In this document: piece by piece, positions 54,982 through 64,000 of the stretch
Layout: every line of letters starts with the position of its first letter
How positions within the stretch are numbered: the first letter of the stretch is position 1
Made by a program: the position numbers and the translations under genes
The notes under the pieces: generated by a model
What the model was told of the DNA's origin: nothing
What the model saw: the letters and a program-made list of their open reading frames with translations, nothing else
Databases searched by the model: none
Source: Acidobacteriota bacterium
GTDB taxonomy: Bacteria; Acidobacteriota; UBA890; WLXD01
DNA length: 64,000 nucleotides
NCBI GenBank assembly: GCA_965205505.1
Contig: CBDBHB010000009.1
Coordinates: forward strand, 2,976,001-3,040,000
Reading direction: 5' to 3'

Positions 54982-55147
54982 CAGGCCGTGGTGAACGTGT
55001 GATGGGTCTGGTTGCGCCGCCGAAGGGCGCAGATGCAAGCTGCCGCGCCGCTGGCGATGCCTTGGCGCATCGTTCAGAGCGGCAACGCCGCCTATGTCCC
55101 CTTCGCGGCACAACCTCTACGGGCCACCACACTTCCACCACGGCCTG
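54982..55147. mobile_element. MITE, same family as 15388-15657 (166 bp)
   Basis: Ends CAGGCCGTGGTGAACGTGTG / CCACCACACTTCCACCACGGCCTG; the internal AGATGCAAG..GGCGATGCC..CATCG..CAACGCCGC is shared in reverse orientation. Confidence 0.8.
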
Positions 55148-55191
55148 CTAAAGGTCACCGCGCCGGAATACGCATTGCGGAGGAACTGATT

Positions 55192-56793
55192 ATGAAGGAT
55201 CAGGTGTTGGCGACGATTCGTGGTATCAGCACTCATAGGAAGCCATATTTGTTTATCTCCCTACTCCTCCTCTCTTCTGCAATAGGCACAGGACCACAAG
55301 TTTCTTCTGCAATGCCCGCAGGAGCACAAGTCAGGCCAAACATTCTCTACATAATGGTCGACAACCAACCCGCCTCGATCGTGGGGGCTTATGGAAACCC
55401 GGATGTCAGGACGCCCAATATCGATCGACTAGCCAACGAAGGAATACGTCTTACGCGTGTTTTCGCCGTGCACGGATATTGTTCTCCAACACGTGCAACA
55501 CTGCTGACCGGGCTTGTACCTTCTCAACACGGCGTTCACGACTGGCTAGATGACGGAAAGATAGAGAATTGGCCCGAAGACTGGAATGCGATTGGAGAGT
55601 ATAGAACATTACCGCATACACTAAAGAATCGAGGATACCAGACATCATTAATCGGCAAATGGCACCTAGGCCAGCCACGTCCGCCGGACGACTGGTTCGA
55701 TTATTGGGTGACGTTCAATTTGGGCCATACCGTCGATTTCTGGTCCAATGAAATCATTGACAACGGCAGAACGTACAGATTAGAGGATAAGCACAGTGTC
55801 GAGTTCTTTGCCGACAAAGCAGTCGCATACCTGGAGAACTATGATCATCAACGGCCCTTCTTCCTGCTGGTTACCTTCAACGGTCCTTATATGCAACCTC
55901 CAACGAACCTCGGTCCCGCCAGGAACCCGCATTATGAATACTACAAGGGCAAAGAGTTTCCTTCGTTTCCCAGAAACAGGATCAACGACAGGATACTCGA
56001 GCAGTTAAGTCCACCCTACTCCGGATGGTACGCCAGCTTGGCTCGCATGCATAACGACCAAGCATCGATGGCTAATGTAGCGTCACAAAATACGATGGTG
56101 GACGATGGTGTCGGCCGTCTATTGACAACACTGAAGGAAAACGGACTCGAAGAAGACACGTTAGTCATCTACACGAGTGATCAGGGAATGTTCTTCGGAC
56201 AACATGGCCTTTGGGGCCATCCCGCTAGCACATTTCCATCGAGCCTGTACGATACGCCGATGAACGTACCGTTCATTGCTCGCTATCCAGGCGCCATCAA
56301 AGAAGAGCAAGTAAGTGATCTGCTCGTTGGGCAATACGACCTCATGCCCACAATACTTGATCTAGCTGGGTTTGGGGATGTGGAAATAGCCAACTCCCCT
56401 GGAAGAAGTTTTGCCGAACATCTGGAAGGGAGAAAGCTCGAGGCATGGGCCGATGCCGTGTATATGGATGAAGGGGCAACTCGTGTAATCAGAACCGATC
56501 GTTATTCATATTGGAAACGGCTGAAAGGTACGGGTGAGCATGAGCTCTACGATATACAAGAGGATCCTGAGCAAATGCACGATCTATACGGGACTCCCGA
56601 CTACGCCGAAGTGGTTTCGGAACTGGATGGAAAGCTCACCACGTTCTTCGACACCTATTCTGATGTCGAGTATGACCTTTGGCGGGGCGGCACCGTGAAG
56701 GGATCGACCGACCACGTTCGAGTTTTCAAGTCTCTTTACGGTGACCAGTGGGAGGAGGAGGCAAGAGTCAAACCAGTCTTTAGAGAACAGTAG
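55192..56793 (+). CDS. formylglycine-dependent sulfatase, secreted
   Basis: PNILYIMVD, CSPTRATLLTG, GKWHLG, SDQG, ELYD..DP; RBS GGAGG; lower GC. Confidence 0.93.
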   Translation: MKDQVLATIRGISTHRKPYLFISLLLLSSAIGTGPQVSSAMPAGAQVRPNILYIMVDNQPASIVGAYGNPDVRTPNIDRLANEGIRLTRVFAVHGYCSPTRATLLTGLVPSQHGVHDWLDDGKIENWPEDWNAIGEYRTLPHTLKNRGYQTSLIGKWHLGQPRPPDDWFDYWVTFNLGHTVDFWSNEIIDNGRTYRLEDKHSVEFFADKAVAYLENYDHQRPFFLLVTFNGPYMQPPTNLGPARNPHYEYYKGKEFPSFPRNRINDRILEQLSPPYSGWYASLARMHNDQASMANVASQNTMVDDGVGRLLTTLKENGLEEDTLVIYTSDQGMFFGQHGLWGHPASTFPSSLYDTPMNVPFIARYPGAIKEEQVSDLLVGQYDLMPTILDLAGFGDVEIANSPGRSFAEHLEGRKLEAWADAVYMDEGATRVIRTDRYSYWKRLKGTGEHELYDIQEDPEQMHDLYGTPDYAEVVSELDGKLTTFFDTYSDVEYDLWRGGTVKGSTDHVRVFKSLYGDQWEEEARVKPVFREQ

Positions 56794-56861
56794 CATTGTC
56801 CCGTGTAAGCTCGCGGGCTGAGCGATCCATCTATGCGGCACTGGCACGTCAACTTCGCCGC

Positions 56862-57185
56862 CTCGAGATCAGGTCATGCTTGGCATCGAGCTGGCCTTTC
56901 TCAGTCAGCCGCGACCGCGACCCAAGCCGCAAAAGCGCGCCCTCGAAGCGTCCGATAGTCCGCTGCTCGTAATCGGTGCCGACTTAGGTCGAAGAGATTG
57001 CGAACGAGGCCACGCACCGCCAAGAACCGCTGCGCCTGAGCGGCGGATTTGAACAGGGCATGACACTCCTGTGCGCGGCCCCATAGCTTCCGAGCTTGTC
57101 GGTGATCAGCCGTCGAGGTTCGCTCCCCTGCCGTCTTAGCAACTTGCGGAAGAATCGCATGGCGGCGTGGGCGTTTCGTCGACCT
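56862..57185 (-). mobile_element. IS6-family remnant
   Basis: End GGCACGTCAACTT; AMRFFRKLL..ITDKLGSY and FKSAAQAQRFL..RNLF. Confidence 0.75.
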
Positions 57186-57349
57186 TGCCGCCGCCGTAGC
57201 TTCGCCGCGTAGCCGGGTCCGAACTTCGCGCACCAGCACGGGAACCGATGCCGACGGTAGCTGTGCGGGACGGCGCTTCACGCCGCCACACAGGCTCCAC
57301 AGCCCCTACGACTACGATCTGATCCACTCTCAATCCACCAGGAGTAACC

Positions 57350-57442
57350 TATCCGTCGCTTCGCTCCGATGGCGTGATCACGATCAACCGTAATCAGTGA
57401 TCACGTTCCCGTAATGAGCGATCACGATGACCGAAATACACA
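57350..57442. mobile_element. IS21-family terminal remnant
   Basis: Three GATCACG..CGTAAT/CGAAAT repeats ending CCGAAATACACA. Confidence 0.65.
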
Positions 57443-57518
57443 CCCCGACGAGCTGATCGACATCGTCGTCGACGCCACCAGGCGGTCCCGCAAGGTGCGC
57501 ACGAAGCCGAAGCTGCCG

Positions 57519-59339
57519 CTATGGTCTCATCTCCGCGCCACCGTCTAAGCTTCCCCTGATGATCTCGCCTTCCATGATGACCGCTTCGGGTCGAACCTCG
57601 TGGATCTCGTAGCGATCGATTTCGAACAGGTTGCGATCCAACACGACCAGGTCGGCGAGCTTGCCTACCTCGATTGAGCCAAGCTGCTCCTCCATACGCA
57701 GCTGATAGGCACCGTTCCAGGTGTACCCCTTGATCAGATCCTCGAGCGCCAGCCGCTCGGTCAGGGGCGGTCGGATCGGGGCCGCCTCACCTTGTCTCTC
57801 GTGTTGGCGGTTGTGGGCGATCTGCATCCCCAGGTAGGGGCTGGCCCGACTCATTCCCGAATCGCTGGAAAAGGTGACAATGGCACCGTCATCCAGCAGC
57901 GGTTGCGTCAGCAAGGTCCTGCTGTATCGCTCATCACCCAAGGCGTAGGGAACAGGGCCGTCGGTGAAGCCGTGCCATGCCGGCGTATAGCTCGCGATGA
58001 CGCCGAGTTGCCTGAAGCGCGGATAGTCGGCTGTATCGATGATGTCCAGATGGGAGACTGTGACCCGCGTGTAGAGATCGCCGCTGAGCAATTCCCGGGC
58101 CGCCTCCACTGCGTCGAGCGCGATTCGGACGGCCCGATCTCCGACGGTATGTAAGTGCAGGTCGATCTCGGCCTCGTGTAAACGAAGAAGGAAATCGCGC
58201 AACTCGTCGGTGCTCAACAGCGTATTGCCGCGGTTTCCCGGATCGTCACTGAACGATTGGAGCACGGCGCCCGTACGGTTCTCGTTGGAACCATCGAAGT
58301 GAATCTTTATGGTGTTGAAGCGCAGCCGGTCACCACCGTAGCTGTCGCGCAAGCGCAGTAGCTCTTCGACCGCCACGTCCTCCTGACCGGGAAGGAAAAT
58401 GTGATAGGTGCCTTCATAGCGGACCGGCAACTTCCCTGCCCTGTCAAGCTCGGCGAGGAATGAATAGACAGCGTCGTTGTAGTAGGCATTGCCCCCATCG
58501 TAGAGCGAGGTGACGCCGTAGCTCGCAAGGTAATCCAGAAAGGCGACGATACCCTCTTGGTTGGCCTCTTCGTCTACCTCAAAGAACTTCTCTCGATAGG
58601 GACGAAAAGCACTCTCCTTGATCCAGCCAGTAAGCTCACCAGCGGCGTCGCGTGCATAGAGCGCGAGGCCAGGCACAGGGTCGGGGGTGTCGCGGTTAAC
58701 ACCCATCAGTTCAAGCACCTTCGAGTTGACCCAAATACTGTGGCCAATATTGCTGCCCAACCAAACCGGCCGATCCGGCACGATCGCATCCAGATCTCTC
58801 TTGTGAGGCCCTTCCTTGCCGTTGCCGTATAGGTGCACTGGCCAGCAACACATCACGATCCAGGGCAGATCCGGGTTCGCCTCTGAATACGCCTTCACGG
58901 CAGCGAGTATTTCTGTCTTGTTGGTTCTCGGCAGGCTTCCCGAAGGCCCGCTGAAGCGGCCCGTGCCCCCGGGATGGGTATGGGCATCCACCAGCCCAGG
59001 AATAACCAGTTTCCCTTGCAGATCGTGACCGACAGTTTCGCGGCCAACGAACCCCTGTACGCCCGCATCATCCCCCACATAGACGAGTTTTCCGCCTTTG
59101 ATCGCAACGGCCTCGGCCCAGGGTTGGTCGTCGTTCACCGTAAAGATCTTGGCCCCGTGCAAGACGCGGTCAGCAGGACCGCTGATACCGCCAGCCCCCG
59201 GCTGCGATGAAGGCTGACAGGCCAGCACGCTGAGGCTGGTCAACATGACACCCAGCACTCGCGACCACGTCATTACGAGCGGATGATGCTGCCCCTTCGT
59301 CCGCTTCAGCCCGGCGTCGGTGCGTTCGTTATTGCTCAT
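57519..59339 (-). CDS. amidohydrolase 3, probable lipoprotein
   Basis: LSVLAC lipobox, PGLVDAHTH, KIHFDG, HTVGDRA, GKLADL; start uncertain. Confidence 0.9.
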   Translation of the reverse strand: MSNNERTDAGLKRTKGQHHPLVMTWSRVLGVMLTSLSVLACQPSSQPGAGGISGPADRVLHGAKIFTVNDDQPWAEAVAIKGGKLVYVGDDAGVQGFVGRETVGHDLQGKLVIPGLVDAHTHPGGTGRFSGPSGSLPRTNKTEILAAVKAYSEANPDLPWIVMCCWPVHLYGNGKEGPHKRDLDAIVPDRPVWLGSNIGHSIWVNSKVLELMGVNRDTPDPVPGLALYARDAAGELTGWIKESAFRPYREKFFEVDEEANQEGIVAFLDYLASYGVTSLYDGGNAYYNDAVYSFLAELDRAGKLPVRYEGTYHIFLPGQEDVAVEELLRLRDSYGGDRLRFNTIKIHFDGSNENRTGAVLQSFSDDPGNRGNTLLSTDELRDFLLRLHEAEIDLHLHTVGDRAVRIALDAVEAARELLSGDLYTRVTVSHLDIIDTADYPRFRQLGVIASYTPAWHGFTDGPVPYALGDERYSRTLLTQPLLDDGAIVTFSSDSGMSRASPYLGMQIAHNRQHERQGEAAPIRPPLTERLALEDLIKGYTWNGAYQLRMEEQLGSIEVGKLADLVVLDRNLFEIDRYEIHEVRPEAVIMEGEIIRGSLDGGAEMRP

Positions 59340-59399
59340 CACGTCCTCCAAGCTCTCTCCGCCGCCGGTGGCGTCGTCATGGCGTGCTACAACTCGATG

Positions 59400-59700
59400 G
59401 TCCCCCAACCACCCGGTTCGAGACCCTTCGAGCGCAACATCCGGCACCAGATGGGTCGGGCGCTTTCGGATGCCGGCTTCGATCCGGCCAGCGATATCCG
59501 GGCGATCACCGTCAACCGCTGGCCACACGGTTACGCTGGCGCCGGCAACGACCTCTACGATCCGGGACTGGCCGTACGATCAGGCACCCTGGGTCCGGGG
59601 CTGCAAGCGCTTCGGGCGTATCACGACCGCCAACTCCGACGCGGCTGCCGTCTGTCTCACCCAGGCCGCCTTCGACCAGGGGCACCGGGTTTTAGAGGTG
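59400..59700 (+). pseudogene. second spermidine-dehydrogenase-like fragment
   Basis: FERNIRHQMGRAL..GFDPASDIRAITVNRWPHGYA..FGRITTANSDA. Confidence 0.65.
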
Positions 59701-59728
59701 GTTACGGCGCCGCTCGCGTGTATTCCGA

Positions 59729-62611
59729 TCAGAAGGAGAGTCGTACCCCGAACCGAAACTGCCGCCCGGGCAGCAGTGAGGTTGATCGCCCGGGCGACCC
59801 GACCGCGGAGCCCCCGGCAACGACGAACGTTCGGTCGATTCGCCCTTCAACGCCGGTCGGGGAGAAGTCGTTGAGCATGTTGAATCCGTCGACCATCACC
59901 TCTAGCCGGCCATTATTACTCCCCATATTAAAGGACTTCGACAACCGCAGATCGAGCTGCTTATGCGAGTCCCACGTCCTGCTGCGGACCGGCTCGATGG
60001 CCGTAGTGCTGTAGTTGGCGGTGAGCAACTGGGGAATCCCCCTGCGTCCGTGCCTGATCGTGAGGTTCCATGGCCGACCCGACGCCAGGTTCCAGTACAT
60101 ACCCGCGAGGATGCCTCCAGGCAGCCTGTAGTTGCCCAGCACCTTCCAGCTCCACTTCCTGCTGAAGCCCAACGGACCAGACTCGGCGAACGGGTGGCCC
60201 CTGAAGTTCGGGTTGTTTGCTGCGTCGAAGCCCCCACCCCAGACGCTGTCGCCGTCGCGATTATTAAACGTTCCCTTGTGGTTCTGGTAGGCGAGCGAGG
60301 TGCTGAAGTTGAGGCCGGAACCCGTTCGCCGTCGGTCCAGCGTCAGCATCACGATGTCGTGCTGCCGCTTATAGAAGTCGTCGTTGCTGCGGATGGGGGC
60401 CCACTCGCCGCTCTCCCTCGAATAGAGCGTTTGTGTCAACCCGGGCACCACGGTTCCGTCCGCTAACGTCGCGTCGGGGGCGGTGAATTCGAAGGGCGTG
60501 TACACATGCTCGATGGTGTTCCTGTGTCGGAACATGTTGCGGTCATCTTTGCGGATGTAGTCGACCCCCGCGACCCAGTTTCTGGCGAATTCATACTCGA
60601 ATCCGACGTTCCAGACATCCGTGTGCAGCGACTGCAAGTTTGGGTCGAGCGGAAATATAGCGGCGCTGACACTAGTCTGGTTTTCGGGTCGGAAAACAGC
60701 GTCTTGCAGCGCGAACAACTGCGCGTCGGTCGGATTGAGCGGGTCGTAGTCGGCAGGGAAAAACCCGTCAGGTATCACGAAGAAGTACGACGAGTAGGGT
60801 TGGTATGGGTCCGAGTACCCGGTGCCGCTAGCGCCAGAGATGAAGCCGACGGTCATCTTTTCGAAGTAGCGCCCCCAGCTGCTATGCACAACGGCACGGC
60901 CATCACCGCTCAGATCGAAGGTTGCACCAAGGCGTGGCGCCAAGTTCCTGAACGTTACCGCCGGACCCTTCCCGGTTGACTTCCCACCGAGTCTTTCGTA
61001 ACCGTTCGTGTGGTCATAGCGCAGCCCGAGGTTGAGGGTGAGGTTGTCGCTAGGGGTAACGACATCCTGAATAAAGGCTGACATGGGTTGGAGTTGGCCC
61101 TCGAGGCCAAAGTCGTAGACAGACCCGTATACGTACGAGCCATAGGTAAACAGACCCCCGAGGCCGGTATAACTAGCAAGCCAGCTGGCCCAGCTGTCCT
61201 TGTAGCCGAGGCCGACCTTGACGTCATGCGCGGCGCCCAGGAAGTCGTCGACGTACTGGGTCACCGTTGCCGAGACCTCTTTGCGGGCGTTGTCCTCGTC
61301 CTCCAGGAAGCCCCGGGTGATCCTCCTCGACCCGTTGTACCAGTAATCGGGTAGCTCGCAGCACACGAACGGGAGGCGCAAGTAGTCCGCCCTATTGGCT
61401 GCGAGGCGGAGATCGGTGAAGGTGTTGTCGCCCAGTTGGGATTGCCAGCTGAACAACAAGGTCGTGCTGCCGTAGCTACTATCCATGCCGATGTCGACCG
61501 GCGAACCTGGTCGCAGGTCCTTATTGGACTCTCTGCCCGGATCATAGTTGATCATGAAACCGAGCGTGTTGGAGTCGTTGAGCAAGAAATCCAGCCTGCC
61601 GTGCAGTGTCCACCTATCGTTACCCTGCTGGGCATCTTCGACGGAGATTCCACCGTCCACCCAGATCTGGTCGGCGACAACCGACTTGAGCGTTTCTTGA
61701 CGGGCGGCGCTGGCAAAGAAGAGCGCCTTGTTGCGCACAATCGGGCCACCGATAGTGACGGAAAGGTCGCGGTCGTAGGAGAACTTTCCGCGCTGCAGAT
61801 CCACGATGCCGCGCGAGTTGTCGGCTCTCAAATCGCCGTTCTGGAAGTAGAAAGCGCCGGTGCCATGAAACTCGTTGGTGCCCCCCTTGGTCACAATATT
61901 GATCATCGCTCCGGTGAACTCGCTGTACTCGACGCTGGCGCCGATACCGACAATCTGGATCTCGGCGATCGTATCCACGTTCGGGTTGACCCAGGCGGCA
62001 CCCCATTCGTTTTCGGTGATGTCAACGCCGTTGAGCCGGTAGCCGTTGGTTGCCGCACCCACCCGATGCACGCTGGTGCCCTCGGCGTGGTTGCCGCCGG
62101 CGCCATAGGCTCCCTTGTCGGCGAAACCAGGGGCGAAGTTCGTCATCTCGGTGAAGTCACGCGCCACCGGAACGTTTTCCAGCAGAACCGCCGTGTAATT
62201 CGTCGCGAGCGATGCCGACGCCACGTCGATCAACGGCGTCTCGGAGATCACAGTGACGGTCTCTGCGACCCCCGCCAGCTGCAGCTCCGCGATCACGGCT
62301 GAGGTTGCGCCGACGCTCACCGGGACGTTGTAGGCCATCGTCTGAAACCCGGTGAGTGCGACCGTCACGATGTAGCTTCCCGGCCTGAGATTACGAAACC
62401 GGAAAACCCCCGCGACGTCGCTTACCTGCGAGAGAGATTCCTGGATGAGGTTGTCTCCCTCGATGGTGGCGGTGGCGCCGGGCAGCCCCGCACCATCCAC
62501 GTCCCGAACCTCCCCGGCGATAATTCCGGTCGTCCGCGCGCCCTGCGCCATCAGCTGCGCGGGGAGTATCAGCACCATAGCAAGGGTCATGACGGCGAGC
62601 GTAGCGCGCAT
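59729..62611 (-). CDS. TonB-dependent receptor (Oar-like, N-terminal carboxypeptidase-regulatory-like domain)
   Basis: Signal peptide, GAGLPGAT, TGAMINIVTKGGTNEFHG, NLGLRYD, APRLG, terminal FGVRLSF. Confidence 0.92.
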   Translation of the reverse strand: MRATLAVMTLAMVLILPAQLMAQGARTTGIIAGEVRDVDGAGLPGATATIEGDNLIQESLSQVSDVAGVFRFRNLRPGSYIVTVALTGFQTMAYNVPVSVGATSAVIAELQLAGVAETVTVISETPLIDVASASLATNYTAVLLENVPVARDFTEMTNFAPGFADKGAYGAGGNHAEGTSVHRVGAATNGYRLNGVDITENEWGAAWVNPNVDTIAEIQIVGIGASVEYSEFTGAMINIVTKGGTNEFHGTGAFYFQNGDLRADNSRGIVDLQRGKFSYDRDLSVTIGGPIVRNKALFFASAARQETLKSVVADQIWVDGGISVEDAQQGNDRWTLHGRLDFLLNDSNTLGFMINYDPGRESNKDLRPGSPVDIGMDSSYGSTTLLFSWQSQLGDNTFTDLRLAANRADYLRLPFVCCELPDYWYNGSRRITRGFLEDEDNARKEVSATVTQYVDDFLGAAHDVKVGLGYKDSWASWLASYTGLGGLFTYGSYVYGSVYDFGLEGQLQPMSAFIQDVVTPSDNLTLNLGLRYDHTNGYERLGGKSTGKGPAVTFRNLAPRLGATFDLSGDGRAVVHSSWGRYFEKMTVGFISGASGTGYSDPYQPYSSYFFVIPDGFFPADYDPLNPTDAQLFALQDAVFRPENQTSVSAAIFPLDPNLQSLHTDVWNVGFEYEFARNWVAGVDYIRKDDRNMFRHRNTIEHVYTPFEFTAPDATLADGTVVPGLTQTLYSRESGEWAPIRSNDDFYKRQHDIVMLTLDRRRTGSGLNFSTSLAYQNHKGTFNNRDGDSVWGGGFDAANNPNFRGHPFAESGPLGFSRKWSWKVLGNYRLPGGILAGMYWNLASGRPWNLTIRHGRRGIPQLLTANYSTTAIEPVRSRTWDSHKQLDLRLSKSFNMGSNNGRLEVMVDGFNMLNDFSPTGVEGRIDRTFVVAGGSAVGSPGRSTSLLPGRQFRFGVRLSF

Positions 62612-62954
62612 TACACCTCTTTCTCCTGGGCAACGCCCGCGCCGTGGGCAACGCCGTCACCCGATGTCAAACTAGTTGATGCTTCGAAGGGGGTACTAGC
62701 ACCGCACCGAGGCCGCTGTCAACTGACTCGGCCAAGCTTCCACCAAATATGTGAAGCATCCCGCGAGCAGCGAGGGAACCAACCACCACGGGTAGTCGTA
62801 GAAACCGCGAGTCACCGATTCGCAACTCATTACTCACTGCACTGTGATTTCTCAGTCAGCTGGCTTCTTAGCACCGCATCGCCCCCGGCGCCGACGAAGC
62901 CGACCCGCAGAGGCTCCAGCCCGAAGGCTACGGGGCCGCCTCACCGAGCGCGAA

Positions 62955-63200
62955 GGCCACCGTATTTCGGCGGCGACAAGGCGTTCACTCGTTACTCGCC
63001 GCTGGCCCAGATCGATCGCCACAACATCGCCGACCTGCGGGTCGCCTGGCGCCGCCCGGCGGTGGACCAGGCGTTCGAAGACGCCTACCCGGAGGTGCGG
63101 ATTCCGGGCTACTTCCGGTCGACCCCGATCATGCTCGACGGCCTGCTGTTGGCGCCGAACGGGGTCGGCCTGCTGCGCGCCCTGGACCCTGGAACTGTCG
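62955..63200 (+). pseudogene. PQQ-dependent dehydrogenase N-terminal fragment
   Basis: YFGGDKAFTRYSPLAQID..LRVAWR..STPIMLDG. Confidence 0.7.
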
Positions 63201-63400
63201 CCCGGCGCCCGGTCATCCGGCGCGCCCGAAACCTAGCACCCCGCCCCCCAACCATCACCAGGAGCACACCGCCACCGACCACTCGTCGCATCAGATGCGT
63301 CACCGAACTCCTCCAGTCAGGCGTCGAGCGAAGCAGCTGGTTCCCCGTCTATCTTTCCGGCTCGGGTTCCTTGGCTCTGAGAACACCCGGAAACTAATCC

Positions 63401-63502
63401 GGGATTTCCCAGATAACCCTTGTCGAGTCACGTTCCTGGCTTTGGTCAGTATCGGGACGCCTGGATTCAACCACCGATCGTTGCGCTCCTCAGACGGATC
63501 GC
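63401..63502. repeat. ~100-bp dispersed repeat, copy 2
   Basis: Aligns with 21341-21442. Confidence 0.65.
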
Positions 63503-63515
63503 TTAGCCCGCGAGC

Positions 63516-64000
63516 TTACTGGACAACGCCATTGTTCTCTCTAAAGGCTGGTTTGACTTTTGCCTGCTCCTCCCACTGCTCACCGTAAAGAGACTTGAAA
63601 ACTCGAACGTAGTCTGTGGATCCCTTTACGGTGCCGCCCCGCCAAAGATCATACTCAACATCAGAATAGGTGTCGAAGAACGTGGTGAGCTTTCCATCCA
63701 GTTCCGAAACCACCTCGGCGTAGCCGGGAGTCCCGTATAGATCGTGCATTTGCTCCGGATCCTCTTGTACATCGTAGAGCTCATGCTCACCCGTACCTTT
63801 GAGCCGTTTCCAATATGAATAACGATCGGTTCTGATTGTACGAGTTGCCTCTTCATCCATATACACGGCATCGGGCCATGCCTCGAGCGTCCTCCCTTCC
63901 AGGTGTTCCGCAAAGCTCCTTCCAGGGGAGTTCGCTATTTCCACATCCCCAAACCCAGCCAGATCAAGTATTGTGGGCATGAGGTCGTATTGCCCAACGA
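63516..64000 (-). CDS. sulfatase paralogue, 3' part (runs off window)
   Basis: Near-identical protein to the C-terminus of 55192-56793, in inverted orientation. Confidence 0.9.
   Translation of the reverse strand, partial: VGQYDLMPTILDLAGFGDVEIANSPGRSFAEHLEGRTLEAWPDAVYMDEEATRTIRTDRYSYWKRLKGTGEHELYDVQEDPEQMHDLYGTPGYAEVVSELDGKLTTFFDTYSDVEYDLWRGGTVKGSTDYVRVFKSLYGEQWEEQAKVKPAFRENNGVVQ

Noticed and set aside
55012-55191. N-terminal extensions of the sulfatase (and of the 13144 and 19651 ORFs)
   Set aside because: The extensions translate MITE or repeat sequence; downstream starts have an RBS and/or signal peptides

Overview
This is a GC-rich bacterial window with no rRNA, no intact tRNA and no CRISPR array. 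Its gene content suggests an Acidobacteria-like marine or sponge-associated organism (inference). It is best read as a tandem genomic-island hotspot built on tRNA-Thr(CGT), because three copies of that tRNA's 3' half occur on the + strand (13079, ~21494, 53761). Two of the copies abut paralogous arm-domain tyrosine integrases that carry different arm-type repeats. Island A (<1-13122) is a phage-satellite-like element: int, AlpA/Xis, an HTH replication initiator with iterons, a cos-like site, a small terminase fused to a PLD-type nuclease domain, and a decayed lambda gpA-type large terminase. Its cargo is defence-like (KAP NTPase, SieB-like, NucS-like, DUF3883 fragment). Segment B (13123-21493) has no integrase and carries intact catabolic genes. 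Island C (~21494-53804) is a heavily scrambled satellite or prophage relic with ClpP protease, HK97 capsid, DUF3631 and integrase. It also holds an IS-disrupted TPR-GreA/B-C-PIN conflict gene, type I R-M remnants, many IS3/IS1595 elements, fused gene fragments and a mrp-moaA-ilvD block. The last 10 kb holds an inverted duplicated sulfatase, an amidohydrolase, a TonB-dependent receptor and further remnants. All family assignments come from motif recognition by eye, not from database searches.
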